A DNA stretch of 64,000 nt, taken from contig CBDFMQ010000002.1 in NCBI GenBank assembly GCA_965249725.1, positions 1,792,001-1,856,000 on the forward strand, in the 5' to 3' direction. The stretch is from Longimicrobiales bacterium (GTDB taxonomy: Bacteria > Gemmatimonadota > Gemmatimonadetes > Longimicrobiales > Gaopeijiaceae). Made by a program: the position numbers and the translations under genes. This document shows, one piece after another, positions 9,094-18,320 of the stretch. The notes under the pieces are model-generated. The model made no database searches and was not told the DNA's origin. It saw only the letters and a program-made list of their open reading frames with translations. How positions within the stretch are numbered: the first letter of the stretch is position 1; every line of letters begins with the position of its first letter.

Positions 9094-10509
9094 ATGATTA
9101 GATGGACCACACGGATCGTCCTGATCACCGGGGCCATCGCGACCGCAACGGCGGCGGGATTTGCGCCTGTGGCATCGCAGGTCACCCTGGAGCCGCACCA
9201 GGAGCTGGCTCGCGAGCTGCTACGTGAACTCATCGAGATCAACACGGTGGACTCGGCCGGCACCACGGCAGCGGCCGAGGCCATGGCGAAACGCCTTCTC
9301 GACGCGGGTTTCCCGAGCGAAGACGTCAACGTGGTGGGACCCAACGAGCGGAAGATGAACCTGGTGGCGAGGCTCCGGGGCAACGACTCCGGAAGGCCGC
9401 CCATTCTGCTTCTGGCCCATCTCGACGTGGTCGAGGCCTTGCCCACGGACTGGAACATGGATCCGTGGACCATGAACGAGATGGACGGCTACTACTACGG
9501 GCGCGGCGTCACCGACGACAAGGACGAAGGAGCCATCTACACGGCGAACCTCATCCGGTACAAAGAAGAGGGGTTCGTGCCGGATCGCGACATCATCGTT
9601 GCGCTGACCTCCGACGAGGAGGGTGGTCAGTTCAACGGCGTGCAGTGGCTCCTCCAGAATCGGAGGGACCTCATCGACGCCGGATACGCGCTGAACGAGG
9701 GTGGCGGTGGCGCCATCAAGGACGGCGTGCACCAGCTCAACTCGGTCCAGGCCAGTGAGAAGGTCTACCAGAGTTTCTGGCTCAAGGCCACGAACCCGGG
9801 CGGCCACAGCTCCCTACCCCGCGAAGACAACGCGATCTACGACCTCTTGAACGCCGTCCTTCGCATCAGCGACTACAGCTTTCCCGTCATGCTGAACGAG
9901 GTGACGCGGGCGTACTTCACCGGAACGGCCGAGGTCGAAGGAGGCGCAGTCGCCGGCGCGATGCGCACCATGCTCGCCGACCCGAGAAACGCTCCTGCAG
10001 TCGAGCGTCTCCAGGTCTTTCCCCATTACAACGCGCGCATGCGCACCACGTGTGTGGCCACACGGCTGAGCGGGGGCCATGCCGACAACGCTCTACCCCA
10101 AACGGCGGAGGCGATGGTGAACTGTCGGATCCTCCCCGATCACGATCCGGCCGACGTGCTGGCCACGCTCAGACGTGTCGCCGGCCCCGGAGTCGAGATC
10201 ACCCCCGCCGCGACGCCCAACCCGAGCCCCCCCTCCGCGCTGACAGGAGCAGTGCTGGGCCCCATCGAGCGGATCACCGAGGAGATGTGGCCGGGCGTAC
10301 CGGTAGTTCCGATCATGAGCACCGGGGCGACGGACGGCCTCTATCTGAGGCGCGCGGGGATTCCCGTGTACGGAGTCTCGGGCCTCTTCGAAGACGTCGA
10401 TGACAAGCGAGCCCACGGCCAGGACGAGCGCATCCTCATCAAGTCGTTCTTCGAGGGGCAGGAGTTTCTGTACCGGCTGGTGAAGGCGCTGAGCGGGACG
10501 ATCAGCTAG
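9094..10509 (+). CDS. Secreted M20/M25/M40 family metallopeptidase/deacylase
   Basis: Signal peptide, LLAHLDVV, GRGVTDDK, DEE, GGHSS, GATDG and AHGQDE motifs. Confidence 0.92.
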   Translation: MIRWTTRIVLITGAIATATAAGFAPVASQVTLEPHQELARELLRELIEINTVDSAGTTAAAEAMAKRLLDAGFPSEDVNVVGPNERKMNLVARLRGNDSGRPPILLLAHLDVVEALPTDWNMDPWTMNEMDGYYYGRGVTDDKDEGAIYTANLIRYKEEGFVPDRDIIVALTSDEEGGQFNGVQWLLQNRRDLIDAGYALNEGGGGAIKDGVHQLNSVQASEKVYQSFWLKATNPGGHSSLPREDNAIYDLLNAVLRISDYSFPVMLNEVTRAYFTGTAEVEGGAVAGAMRTMLADPRNAPAVERLQVFPHYNARMRTTCVATRLSGGHADNALPQTAEAMVNCRILPDHDPADVLATLRRVAGPGVEITPAATPNPSPPSALTGAVLGPIERITEEMWPGVPVVPIMSTGATDGLYLRRAGIPVYGVSGLFEDVDDKRAHGQDERILIKSFFEGQEFLYRLVKALSGTIS

Positions 10510-10609
10510 GCGTTCCCAAAACGACCCGACTCACGTCGTCAGGTTGTCCCTCAGGTAGCGCGCTACGTCGGATATGAGGCTGTGGACCGAGGCCTCGGCG
10601 ACGAGCCGC

Positions 10610-10951
10610 CTAGATCCCGAAGAAGATCGACACCGCGAAGTTGAGGAGCCCCAGCAGCAAACTTCCGAACAGCGCCGGCTTGAAGCCCTTCACCTCGAAG
10701 CCGGGGACGAACGCCGCGGCGAGCATGAGCATGAGGGCGTTCACGACCCACACGAACAGGCCGAGCGTGATGATCGTGATAGGCATGGTGAGCATGACCA
10801 GGATGGGTCGGATCACGGCGTTGGCGAAGCCGAGCACGAGAGCCCCGATAGCGGCGGCACTCGCGTCCTCCACCTCGATGCCGGAGATCATCTTGCCGAC
10901 CACGGCGAGGAGTCCAGCGGTCACCAGCAGATGGACTGCAAACTGAATCAT
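10610..10951 (-). CDS. 4-TM 'phage holin' family IV / YvlD-like membrane protein
   Basis: LGFANAVIRPIL...TxPITIITLGLFxWVVNALML signature. Confidence 0.85.
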   Translation of the reverse strand: MIQFAVHLLVTAGLLAVVGKMISGIEVEDASAAAIGALVLGFANAVIRPILVMLTMPITIITLGLFVWVVNALMLMLAAAFVPGFEVKGFKPALFGSLLLGLLNFAVSIFFGI

Positions 10952-11023
10952 TTTCCGATCCTGAAAAAGACGACTACGGTTCGGGACTCGACGCAGGGGC
11001 ACGCCCCGTCGACTCCCCTCCCA

Positions 11024-13567
11024 TTATGACGCAACAGGACCCCCGAGGGTTTCGAGCCGCCCCAATGCACCGATGAGATCGGGCTCATCGCCGAGCACAT
11101 CAAGGTGCGGATCCCCCCCTTTGAGGCGCTTCATGCGTGAGGGTACCGTTTTGATGGTATGCTTCCGGATGTCCAGCTTGTTCGTCACCTCGCTCCACCG
11201 CAGCGGCGTGGACACGGCGGCCTCGGGCACAGGCCGCACGCAGAACGGGGCTACCAACAATTGGCCTGATGCGTTTTGCAGAAAGTCCACGTAGACCTTC
11301 CCTTCTCGGCTCTTGAGGGCCCGGGCGACGGTAGCGATCTCCGGGAGCTCTCCCACCACCACGCGGGCGAGCAGGTTGCCGAGCATGCGGGATTGCTCGT
11401 AGTCCATCTGCCGTCCGAGCGGAATGAGCACATGTAGTCCTGAAGAGCCACTGGTCTTCACATAAGTGGGAAGCTCGATCTCATCGCACACCTGGCGGAT
11501 CACCTTCGCGACCTTCACCACGTCGGTGAACGGCGCGCCCTTCGGGTCCAGATCCAAGATGCACCAGTCGGGCTTGGCGAGGCTGGAGATACGACTCGAC
11601 CAGATGTGAAGCGGGATGGCCGCCGAGTTGGCCACCCAGAGGAGCGACTCCACGTCTTCGACGACGAAATAGTCGAGGACCTTCTCAGAGTCCTCACTCA
11701 CGATGGGCTCTCTTCGGAGCCACTCGGGTGCCCACTCGGGAGCGTTCTTCTGATAGAACGAGTTCCCGTCGATGCCGTCCGGATAGCGCGTGAGCACCAA
11801 GCAACGGTCTTGGAGATACGGCGAGATCCACTCCCAAACCGATTGGTAGTACTCGATGAGGTCCCCCTTCGTGTAGCCCGCCTCTGGCCAGAAGACCTTG
11901 TCGAGATTGGTAAACGGCACCGTCCGCTCCACCGTCCTGTCCACGACCTTCACCGGCTCGGCCAGGACCTGATCCTCGTCCTCGTCCTCGCCTCGCCTGA
12001 CGCACTCCTCGGCCTGCTTGTCGTCCCTGAGGCGCGCGAACGAGGGATGCCGGATGACTCCGGCGTCCGTGAACTCCTTGTATTGCACCTCGGCAACCAT
12101 CCGGGGCTGAACCCAGTGGTGGGCCTTGCCCTTGGGGGTCGGGCCGGCGCACGGAGGCTTCGGCTCGCTGTCCAGCGACTGGAGCTCCGCGAGAATCTCG
12201 TCGAGAAGAGCGTCGCTGAAGCCGGTCCCGACACTCCCCGAGTACGTCAACTCACCGGAGACGTACTGAGCCAGGTGGAGCGCCCCGAAACCGGGCCGTC
12301 CCCCCTTCGGGTCCGTGTAGCCCACCACGACGAAGTCGTCGGCCTCGACCGTTCGGATCTTGTACCAGTTCGTCGAGCGGCCCGAGCGATAGGGAGCGTC
12401 CGCCTTCTTGGCCACGATTCCCTCGAGACGCATGTCCGTCACCTGCTTGAACATGGCCTCACCCCGCACCGCAATGTGATCCGAGTAGCGAATGGGCCCC
12501 ACACTCGGAAGCACCTCTCCGAGAAGCTCCTTGCGGGAGACCAGCGGCAGATCTCGCAGATCGAGCCCACCGAAGGCGAGGAGATCGAAGGCGTAGAAGA
12601 CCGCCGGAAGATCCAGCGTCGCCTGGAGAATGTCCGACCGTCGTTGTAGACGGCCGCGCCGCTGGAGCCGGCTGAAGCTCGGGAGCCCGGCCTCATCGTG
12701 GACGACCACCTCTCCGTCGAGGACGGTGCCGTCGTACGGAAGGCCCTGGAGGGCCCGGGCAATATCGGGAAAGGTCTCCGTGAGGTCGTTTCCGTTCCGG
12801 GACCACAACACCGCTCGTTCGGTCTCCCGGGACGCGATGAGCCGGTAGCCGTCGTACTTGAGCTCGAAGATCCAACCCTCTTTGTCGAAGGGCTCTTCGC
12901 GGCTGGTGGCCAGCATGACCTTCATCTTCTTTGCCGAGGGGGACTCCTTCTCCGCTCCGAGCTCACGGGCCCGAGCGAGGATCTCCGCCTCGCGCTGCCC
13001 AGGTTCGAGAAGCTGGTCGACCAGGAGGCCCGAGTAGATGGAGTCGTCCGGATACCCCTCGGTGCCGCTCTCATCGACGTAGCCGTCACGCTCCTTGATG
13101 AGCAGCCAGTGGTTGTGTCCACGCTTGGGGGTGTGCACCAGCGTCCAACGGCCCCGCAGCTTGTACCCTCTCAACTCGAAGAGGAGTTTGCCGTGCTCCA
13201 GCCCGTGCTTCTCGCCGGGCACGTCGATCCAAACGCCCTTGTCCCAGCAGATGGACGGACCGGCTCCGTACTGACCCTCGGGGATGACTCCCTCGAACTC
13301 GGCGTACTCGAGCGGATGGGGCTCCACATGCATGGCGAGACGCTTGTCGGCCGTGTCGGGCGATGGCCCCTTGGGCACAGCCCACGACTCCAATGCACCG
13401 TCCATCTCCAGTCGAAGATCCCAGTGCAGCGAACTCGCATGGTGTTTCTGCACGACGAACAACCGGGCCTCACCGGCCGATCCCATGCCGCCGAAGGGCT
13501 CCGGGGTATCGGAGGCAGACCGCTTTTCGCGGTAGCGCTCGAGTCTGTCGTCGGAGGTGGATGACAT
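11024..13567 (-). CDS. ligD: DNA ligase D (phosphoesterase - ATP-dependent ligase - polymerase)
   Basis: PE domain FVVQKH.A..LHWDLRLE; ligase ELKYDGYR, LDGEVV, EGIVAK; Pol domain RYPDG, LDLDP, KTSGSSGLH, VYVDFLQN. Confidence 0.97.
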   Translation of the reverse strand: MSSTSDDRLERYREKRSASDTPEPFGGMGSAGEARLFVVQKHHASSLHWDLRLEMDGALESWAVPKGPSPDTADKRLAMHVEPHPLEYAEFEGVIPEGQYGAGPSICWDKGVWIDVPGEKHGLEHGKLLFELRGYKLRGRWTLVHTPKRGHNHWLLIKERDGYVDESGTEGYPDDSIYSGLLVDQLLEPGQREAEILARARELGAEKESPSAKKMKVMLATSREEPFDKEGWIFELKYDGYRLIASRETERAVLWSRNGNDLTETFPDIARALQGLPYDGTVLDGEVVVHDEAGLPSFSRLQRRGRLQRRSDILQATLDLPAVFYAFDLLAFGGLDLRDLPLVSRKELLGEVLPSVGPIRYSDHIAVRGEAMFKQVTDMRLEGIVAKKADAPYRSGRSTNWYKIRTVEADDFVVVGYTDPKGGRPGFGALHLAQYVSGELTYSGSVGTGFSDALLDEILAELQSLDSEPKPPCAGPTPKGKAHHWVQPRMVAEVQYKEFTDAGVIRHPSFARLRDDKQAEECVRRGEDEDEDQVLAEPVKVVDRTVERTVPFTNLDKVFWPEAGYTKGDLIEYYQSVWEWISPYLQDRCLVLTRYPDGIDGNSFYQKNAPEWAPEWLRREPIVSEDSEKVLDYFVVEDVESLLWVANSAAIPLHIWSSRISSLAKPDWCILDLDPKGAPFTDVVKVAKVIRQVCDEIELPTYVKTSGSSGLHVLIPLGRQMDYEQSRMLGNLLARVVVGELPEIATVARALKSREGKVYVDFLQNASGQLLVAPFCVRPVPEAAVSTPLRWSEVTNKLDIRKHTIKTVPSRMKRLKGGDPHLDVLGDEPDLIGALGRLETLGGPVAS

Positions 13568-13579
13568 CCGGGAACGTTA
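13568..13579 (-). promoter_or_regulatory. Candidate -10 box for a leaderless ligD mRNA
   Basis: Minus strand TAACGT, 6 nt, ATG; no SD. Confidence 0.5.
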
Positions 13580-13748
13580 GCGGGGGCCCGTGGCCCTGCA
13601 CCACCTCCCCACACCCACACGCACTGGAATAGCGCCGCCGGTCGTCCCACATTGCGACCAAGACGCCGGGCCTTCGTATCGCAGCTTCCCTCGGCCAAGG
13701 TGCGTGAGGGCCCAAATCGTAGCCGGCTTCACGAGGGGCGGAGGTCCC

Positions 13749-15197
13749 ATGCATGATTCATCCGTGATCGAGAGGTGTGCACCCCCGCGGGCCGTGAACG
13801 GTAGTCAGGTAGCACAGCTCGTTCGAGCGCTCGCCCTCTCGGCTCTGGCAGCGCTGGCATTCTCGAGCACGGGCGAGCTGAATGCGCAGGACGCCGCACT
13901 CGGGCCGGCGAATCCGCTCACCAAGCTCGGGGGCTCACCGAACGTGCAGCTCCTCAGCCACCTGCCGCTCGAGGGGTTCTTCTACAACGGTGGGATCGAC
14001 ATCGAGCAAGAGATGTCGCGCCCCTACGCCTACGTCCCGCTGTGGCTCGACAAGGCGGGCTTCGTGGTGATCGACCTCGAGGACCCGGAGAACCCCGAGA
14101 TCATCTACCGGTGGGAGATCGAGAACGCCGAGCTCCATCAGTTCGGCCGTGGGGAAACGGGCAAGTATTTCAAAACGGGCGACCGTTACTACTACGTGAA
14201 GACAACGATCTTCGGCACCGCCGGGCCGGATCCGGACCTCTGTGCCGTGGTCTTCGATGTGACCGGTCTTCCCGACCCGAACAGCGTGTTCGAGGTCGGC
14301 CGCCTCCGGTCTCCGGATATCGTCACCGGATGCCTCAGCGTCTTTCCCTACAAGCACTCCGACGGACGTACGCTTCTCTTGGCCGGCGTGCGGGGGGCGA
14401 CGCCGGGGACCGAGCCCCACGGCAAGATCTACGACATGGACCGCTTCATCGCCGGAGATGCCGATCTGGGCTACGTGGGACCTGTGCCGCTACCCGACCT
14501 CGGCTTCGGGCCGACCAACTCCGCCTATCACGACCTCTACGCGGCCTACGACCCGGACAGAGCGCGCGATGTGGTCTACGGCGGCGGCGCGGGCGGGTAT
14601 CACCTGTACGACATGACGGTCCCCGAGGATCTCGAGTATCTGGGCTCGATTTCCGGGACGAGCGGGGTGCAGCGCGGTCATACTATCATCGCGACGCCGG
14701 ACGCTCGCTACGCCGTGACGCAGATGGAGTATCAGTTCGCGCCGATGATGGTCTTCGACCTCTCACCGATCCACGATGGGATCACACAGCGGATCTCACG
14801 CCCCACCGGCGCATGGATCGCCGACTGGAAGGACCTCGCCCACAACATGGAGGTGCGCTGGCCCTATGTGTTCGTGGCTGCATACGAAGACGGTCTCCAG
14901 ATCTTCGACATGCGAGACCCGGGGGACCCAATGACGCTCGGATGGCACTACACGTGCCACTGCACCCATCAGACGGGTTTCGGAGGGGGAGATCGCGTCA
15001 GGGGTACAAGCGTCTTCAACGGGGCCATGGAGGTGGACGTGCGAAACGAGGACGGACTGATCGTGGTCAGCGACCTCAATACGGGGTTCTGGGCGTTCCG
15101 GCTCAACGGCTTTACGGGGTGGAACGGCAGGGAGTACGGCCTCCCCAACATCTCGAGTGCGCAAGATTGGGACTTCGGGCCGCCCGTCCGCAGGTAG
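13749..15197 (+). CDS. Secreted LVIVD-repeat-like beta-propeller protein
   Basis: SD GGAGGT, signal peptide ending AQ, repeated F/L-x-I-x-D-x-x-D-P motifs, conserved His motifs (YHDLY, GHT, AHN). Confidence 0.7.
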   Translation: MHDSSVIERCAPPRAVNGSQVAQLVRALALSALAALAFSSTGELNAQDAALGPANPLTKLGGSPNVQLLSHLPLEGFFYNGGIDIEQEMSRPYAYVPLWLDKAGFVVIDLEDPENPEIIYRWEIENAELHQFGRGETGKYFKTGDRYYYVKTTIFGTAGPDPDLCAVVFDVTGLPDPNSVFEVGRLRSPDIVTGCLSVFPYKHSDGRTLLLAGVRGATPGTEPHGKIYDMDRFIAGDADLGYVGPVPLPDLGFGPTNSAYHDLYAAYDPDRARDVVYGGGAGGYHLYDMTVPEDLEYLGSISGTSGVQRGHTIIATPDARYAVTQMEYQFAPMMVFDLSPIHDGITQRISRPTGAWIADWKDLAHNMEVRWPYVFVAAYEDGLQIFDMRDPGDPMTLGWHYTCHCTHQTGFGGGDRVRGTSVFNGAMEVDVRNEDGLIVVSDLNTGFWAFRLNGFTGWNGREYGLPNISSAQDWDFGPPVRR

Positions 15198-15234
15198 GGG
15201 CTCATCACCTTTTCATTGCGTAGTTCCGGGGCGT

Positions 15235-15246
15235 GAACATATGTTT
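15235..15246. promoter_or_regulatory. Candidate LexA (Cheo-box-like GAAC-N4-GTTY) operator upstream of ku
   Basis: GAAC-ATAT-GTTT in the AT-rich region 40 nt upstream of the ku ATG. Confidence 0.35.
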
Positions 15247-15285
15247 TCTTCCGCCTTTTAGTCATGGAAAAGGGAGTTTTTCACA

Positions 15286-16135
15286 ATGGCCGCACGTCCG
15301 ATTTCCACGTCGACCATCTCGTTCGGGTTGGTTTCCGTGCCGGTAAAGCTCTATGCGACCGGGGAATCCAAGTCTCGGATCTCGTTCAACATGGTCCACA
15401 AAGACTGTGGAACCCGTGTGAAACAGCAGTACATCTGTCCGAAGGACGACGGTGATCGTCCCCTGAGAGGACATGGTAAAGGGGTACGAGTTCGCCAAGG
15501 GGCAGTACGTGCTCTTCACTCCCGAGGAACTCAAAGCGGTCGAGCAGCCCAAGACCGACTCCATTCAGATCACGGAGTTCGTTCCTTCGGATCAGGTGGA
15601 CCGCCTGTTCCTCGACCGCGCCTACTACCTCGGGCCGGACAAAGGTGGCAACCGGGCCTACTTGCTCCTTTCCGCGGCCCTGCAGGAGACCGAGCGCGTC
15701 GCCATCGCCAAGTACGCTACCCGGGGCAAACAGTACCTCGTGATGGTGCGCCCCTTCGGCGAAGGCCTGCTGATGGAACAGCTCCTCTACGCCGATGAGG
15801 TGCGCGACTTCGCGGATGTGCCGGTGGAGGAGGGCGAGGTGGACGACTCCGAGCTGAAGCTGGCGGTGCAGCTCGTGGATCAGGCGTCTTCGGAAGAGTT
15901 CCAGGCCAAGGAGTACAAGGACGAAGTCCGCGACCGGATGCTCGAGCTCATCCAGCAGAAGGTCGACGGCGAGGAGATCGTCTCGTCGGTCACCGAAGAG
16001 CCCCAGACACAGATCATCGATCTGATGGCGGCCCTCAAGGCCAGTCTCTCCGACGAGGGCGAGGAGAGGAAGCCGGCCAAGAAGGCATCCAGTAAGAAGA
16101 AGACCACAGCCAACAAGAAGGCGTCTTCGGGCTGA
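15286..16135 (+). pseudogene. ku: NHEJ Ku protein, disrupted (one extra base near 15451 and in-frame TGA 15464-15466)
   Basis: N-terminus ISFGLVSVPVKLY...HKDCGTRVKQQYICP in one frame; MVKGYE...YYLGPD...YxDEVR...IIDLMAALKASL plus a basic tail in the +1 frame. Confidence 0.9.
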
Positions 16136-16205
16136 TCGCCCGGGCAACCAGGCGGACCGACCACGATCGGCGGCTGATGAGCCTGCCCGACCTGGGGACG
16201 GAAAC

Positions 16206-17036
16206 ATGAAGGTGAACACCACTGGGTACACCACCCGGCAGGTAGCCGAGATCCTCGGCATCCCTATTGCCCGTGTGCAATCTCTCGCCAGGTCCGGGTT
16301 CTTCGATCCTGCCAGGGGCCCCCGCAACGAATACCGGTTCTCCTTCTCGGACATCATTCTCCTCCGCACCACCCGTGACCTGAGGGATGCAGGCGTCTCG
16401 ATGCAGCGCGTCGGCGGGGTTCTTCACGCACTGCGTGAGAAGCTCCCGGAAGGTGAGCCGCTGAGCGCTCTCCACATCACTTCCGACGGGGACACCGTGG
16501 TGGTGAAGGAAGAGAGCACTGTCTGGGATCCGCGATCCGGCCAGGTCCATCTCGACTTTTCCGTCGGTGAGCTCGCCGAGAAGGTCGAGCCCATCGCCCG
16601 CGCGGGCGCCTCACATCATGCGTCGGTCGACCTGACCGCCGACGAGTGGTACGACCTGGCGCTGGATCTGGAGCCGGTAGCGACGGACCGCGCCACGGAT
16701 GCGTACCGACGCGCACTCGCCCTCAACCCGGGGCATGTAAGGGCTCATCTCAACTTGGGCCGCCTGCAGCACGAAGCGGGAGAGGTCGAGTCGGCCGAAG
16801 CCCACTACCGTCAGGCGTTGGCCGCCAATCCCGATTCACCGACCGCCGCCTTCAACCTGGGCGTGGCTCTGGAAGACCTCGGACGGGTCGAGGAGGCCAT
16901 CCAGGCGTACGAGAGGGCGCTACGCTCCGAGCCGGACATGGCATCGGCGCACTACAACCTGTCGCGCCTCTACGAGGCCCAGGGGCGGTCCAAGGAAGCG
17001 CTGCGACACCTGGCCGACTACAAGCGGTTGGTCTAG
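16206..17036 (+). CDS. MerR-like HTH + TPR-repeat protein
   Basis: N-terminal YTTRQVAEILGI...GFFDPARGPRNEYRFSFSDI (MerR-type winged HTH); C-terminal TPRs (AHLNLG, AAFNLG, AHYNLS). Confidence 0.85.
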   Translation: MKVNTTGYTTRQVAEILGIPIARVQSLARSGFFDPARGPRNEYRFSFSDIILLRTTRDLRDAGVSMQRVGGVLHALREKLPEGEPLSALHITSDGDTVVVKEESTVWDPRSGQVHLDFSVGELAEKVEPIARAGASHHASVDLTADEWYDLALDLEPVATDRATDAYRRALALNPGHVRAHLNLGRLQHEAGEVESAEAHYRQALAANPDSPTAAFNLGVALEDLGRVEEAIQAYERALRSEPDMASAHYNLSRLYEAQGRSKEALRHLADYKRLV

Positions 17037-17043
17037 CTCCCTC

Positions 17044-18309
17044 CTATTTCGCCACCCGGTTCCGCCCCGCCTTCTTCGCACGATACAGGGCTTTGTCGGC
17101 CGCCTTCACGACCTCCTCGCCGGTGGCGGCCTTCTCGGTGCGTTCGGCGACCCCGATGCTCACGGTCACCGACAGGCGCCGCGCGGCCTTCTTCTTGGCC
17201 CGCTTGGCCCACAGCTTCCAAGGCGAGGGCTTCTTGGCGGCCGGCCTTTCCCGGGGCCGTCCCATTCGCCGCACGGCGAACCGGCTCGCCTCGATCCGCT
17301 CCCGCAATTCCTCGAGATGCGGTAGCGCGTCTTCACGGTCTTTGCCCGGGAAGACGACCGTGAACTCCTCACCGCCGTAGCGAAACGCACGGCCCCCTCC
17401 ATTCACCTTGGCCAGCTGAGCACCCACGAGCCGAAGGACCTGATCACCGACGTCGTGACCGTGACGATCGTTGAACCGCTTGAAGTGGTCGACGTCCACC
17501 ATGGCCACCGCGTAGGCACGGCCGGCCGAGTCGATCTCCTGCCACAGAGCCCGCCTCGCGGGGAGTCCCGTGAGCTCGTCCCGGAATGCCATCGCGTAGG
17601 ACGTCTCGACCACGGCCAGTGCGAGGACCAGGGCCCCGGCCGTGAGGTGCACGGTAGAGCCGACCGAGTCGGCTCCGTGCCCGAGCGCGAAGAGCACCGC
17701 GATCGTGGTCCAGAAGAGCCCCTTCTCCACCGGGTGGTCCCGGCGGATCGCCATCCCCAGGGTGACCACTGATGCGCACAGTCCCGCTACGACCGCGCCA
17801 TTCGATAGGCCGAGCCATCCAGAGGGGACCCAAGGCAGAAACGGCTCCCAGGTCCAGGTGAGCAGGTCCGGCCGGACGTCCCATAGCACCAAGCCGGCTG
17901 CGAACGCCAAAGCGACCGTCACGGGTTGGAGGACGCCGAGGCCGGAGAAGATCCCCCGGTCCTTCAGGACCGCGAGGATTCCGATGGCGAAGAGCAGGAC
18001 GATGCCGCCCGTACCCCACGCCGACCCGAGGGGGGCCTCGAGCATCCCAGGCTCGAGAACCGGAGGGCGGCCGACCTCGGAGCCTGATGCCCCCGGGCCC
18101 ATAGCGACCGGGCGGAGGAGTCGGTCCAACAGGATCAGGCCTAGAAGGGCGGCCCCGACCCTACTGCGCCGGAAGCGCCAGGCGAGAAGAAGGCCTCCCG
18201 CGAAGATGACCAGCGGATATCGCTCGACGGCCTGGTCCAGCCACGGGGCATCACCCGCCACCGTGGTGAGTACGATCCCGGAAAGGACCAGGACGGCGCC
18301 GGGCCACAC
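17044..18309 (-). CDS. Membrane-bound diguanylate cyclase (GGDEF)
   Basis: Multi-TM N-terminus, DELTGLP, DVDHFKRFNDRHGHDVGD, RYGGEEF, VTVSIG, ADKALYRAK. Start approximate (GTG 18309). Confidence 0.92.
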   Translation of the reverse strand: MWPGAVLVLSGIVLTTVAGDAPWLDQAVERYPLVIFAGGLLLAWRFRRSRVGAALLGLILLDRLLRPVAMGPGASGSEVGRPPVLEPGMLEAPLGSAWGTGGIVLLFAIGILAVLKDRGIFSGLGVLQPVTVALAFAAGLVLWDVRPDLLTWTWEPFLPWVPSGWLGLSNGAVVAGLCASVVTLGMAIRRDHPVEKGLFWTTIAVLFALGHGADSVGSTVHLTAGALVLALAVVETSYAMAFRDELTGLPARRALWQEIDSAGRAYAVAMVDVDHFKRFNDRHGHDVGDQVLRLVGAQLAKVNGGGRAFRYGGEEFTVVFPGKDREDALPHLEELRERIEASRFAVRRMGRPRERPAAKKPSPWKLWAKRAKKKAARRLSVTVSIGVAERTEKAATGEEVVKAADKALYRAKKAGRNRVAK

Positions 18310-18320
18310 CCAGCCGACGG

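Noticed and set aside
10610..10951. Prophage suggested by a 'phage holin' family gene
   Set aside because: This 4-TM family is commonly chromosomal; there is no integrase, capsid, terminase or lysin nearby.
15461..15466. Programmed +1 frameshift at CCC-TGA, or Sec readthrough, in ku
   Set aside because: CCC-TGA lies in the downstream frame rather than the initiating frame, so a shift there would not join the halves. The position corresponds to a non-Cys residue.
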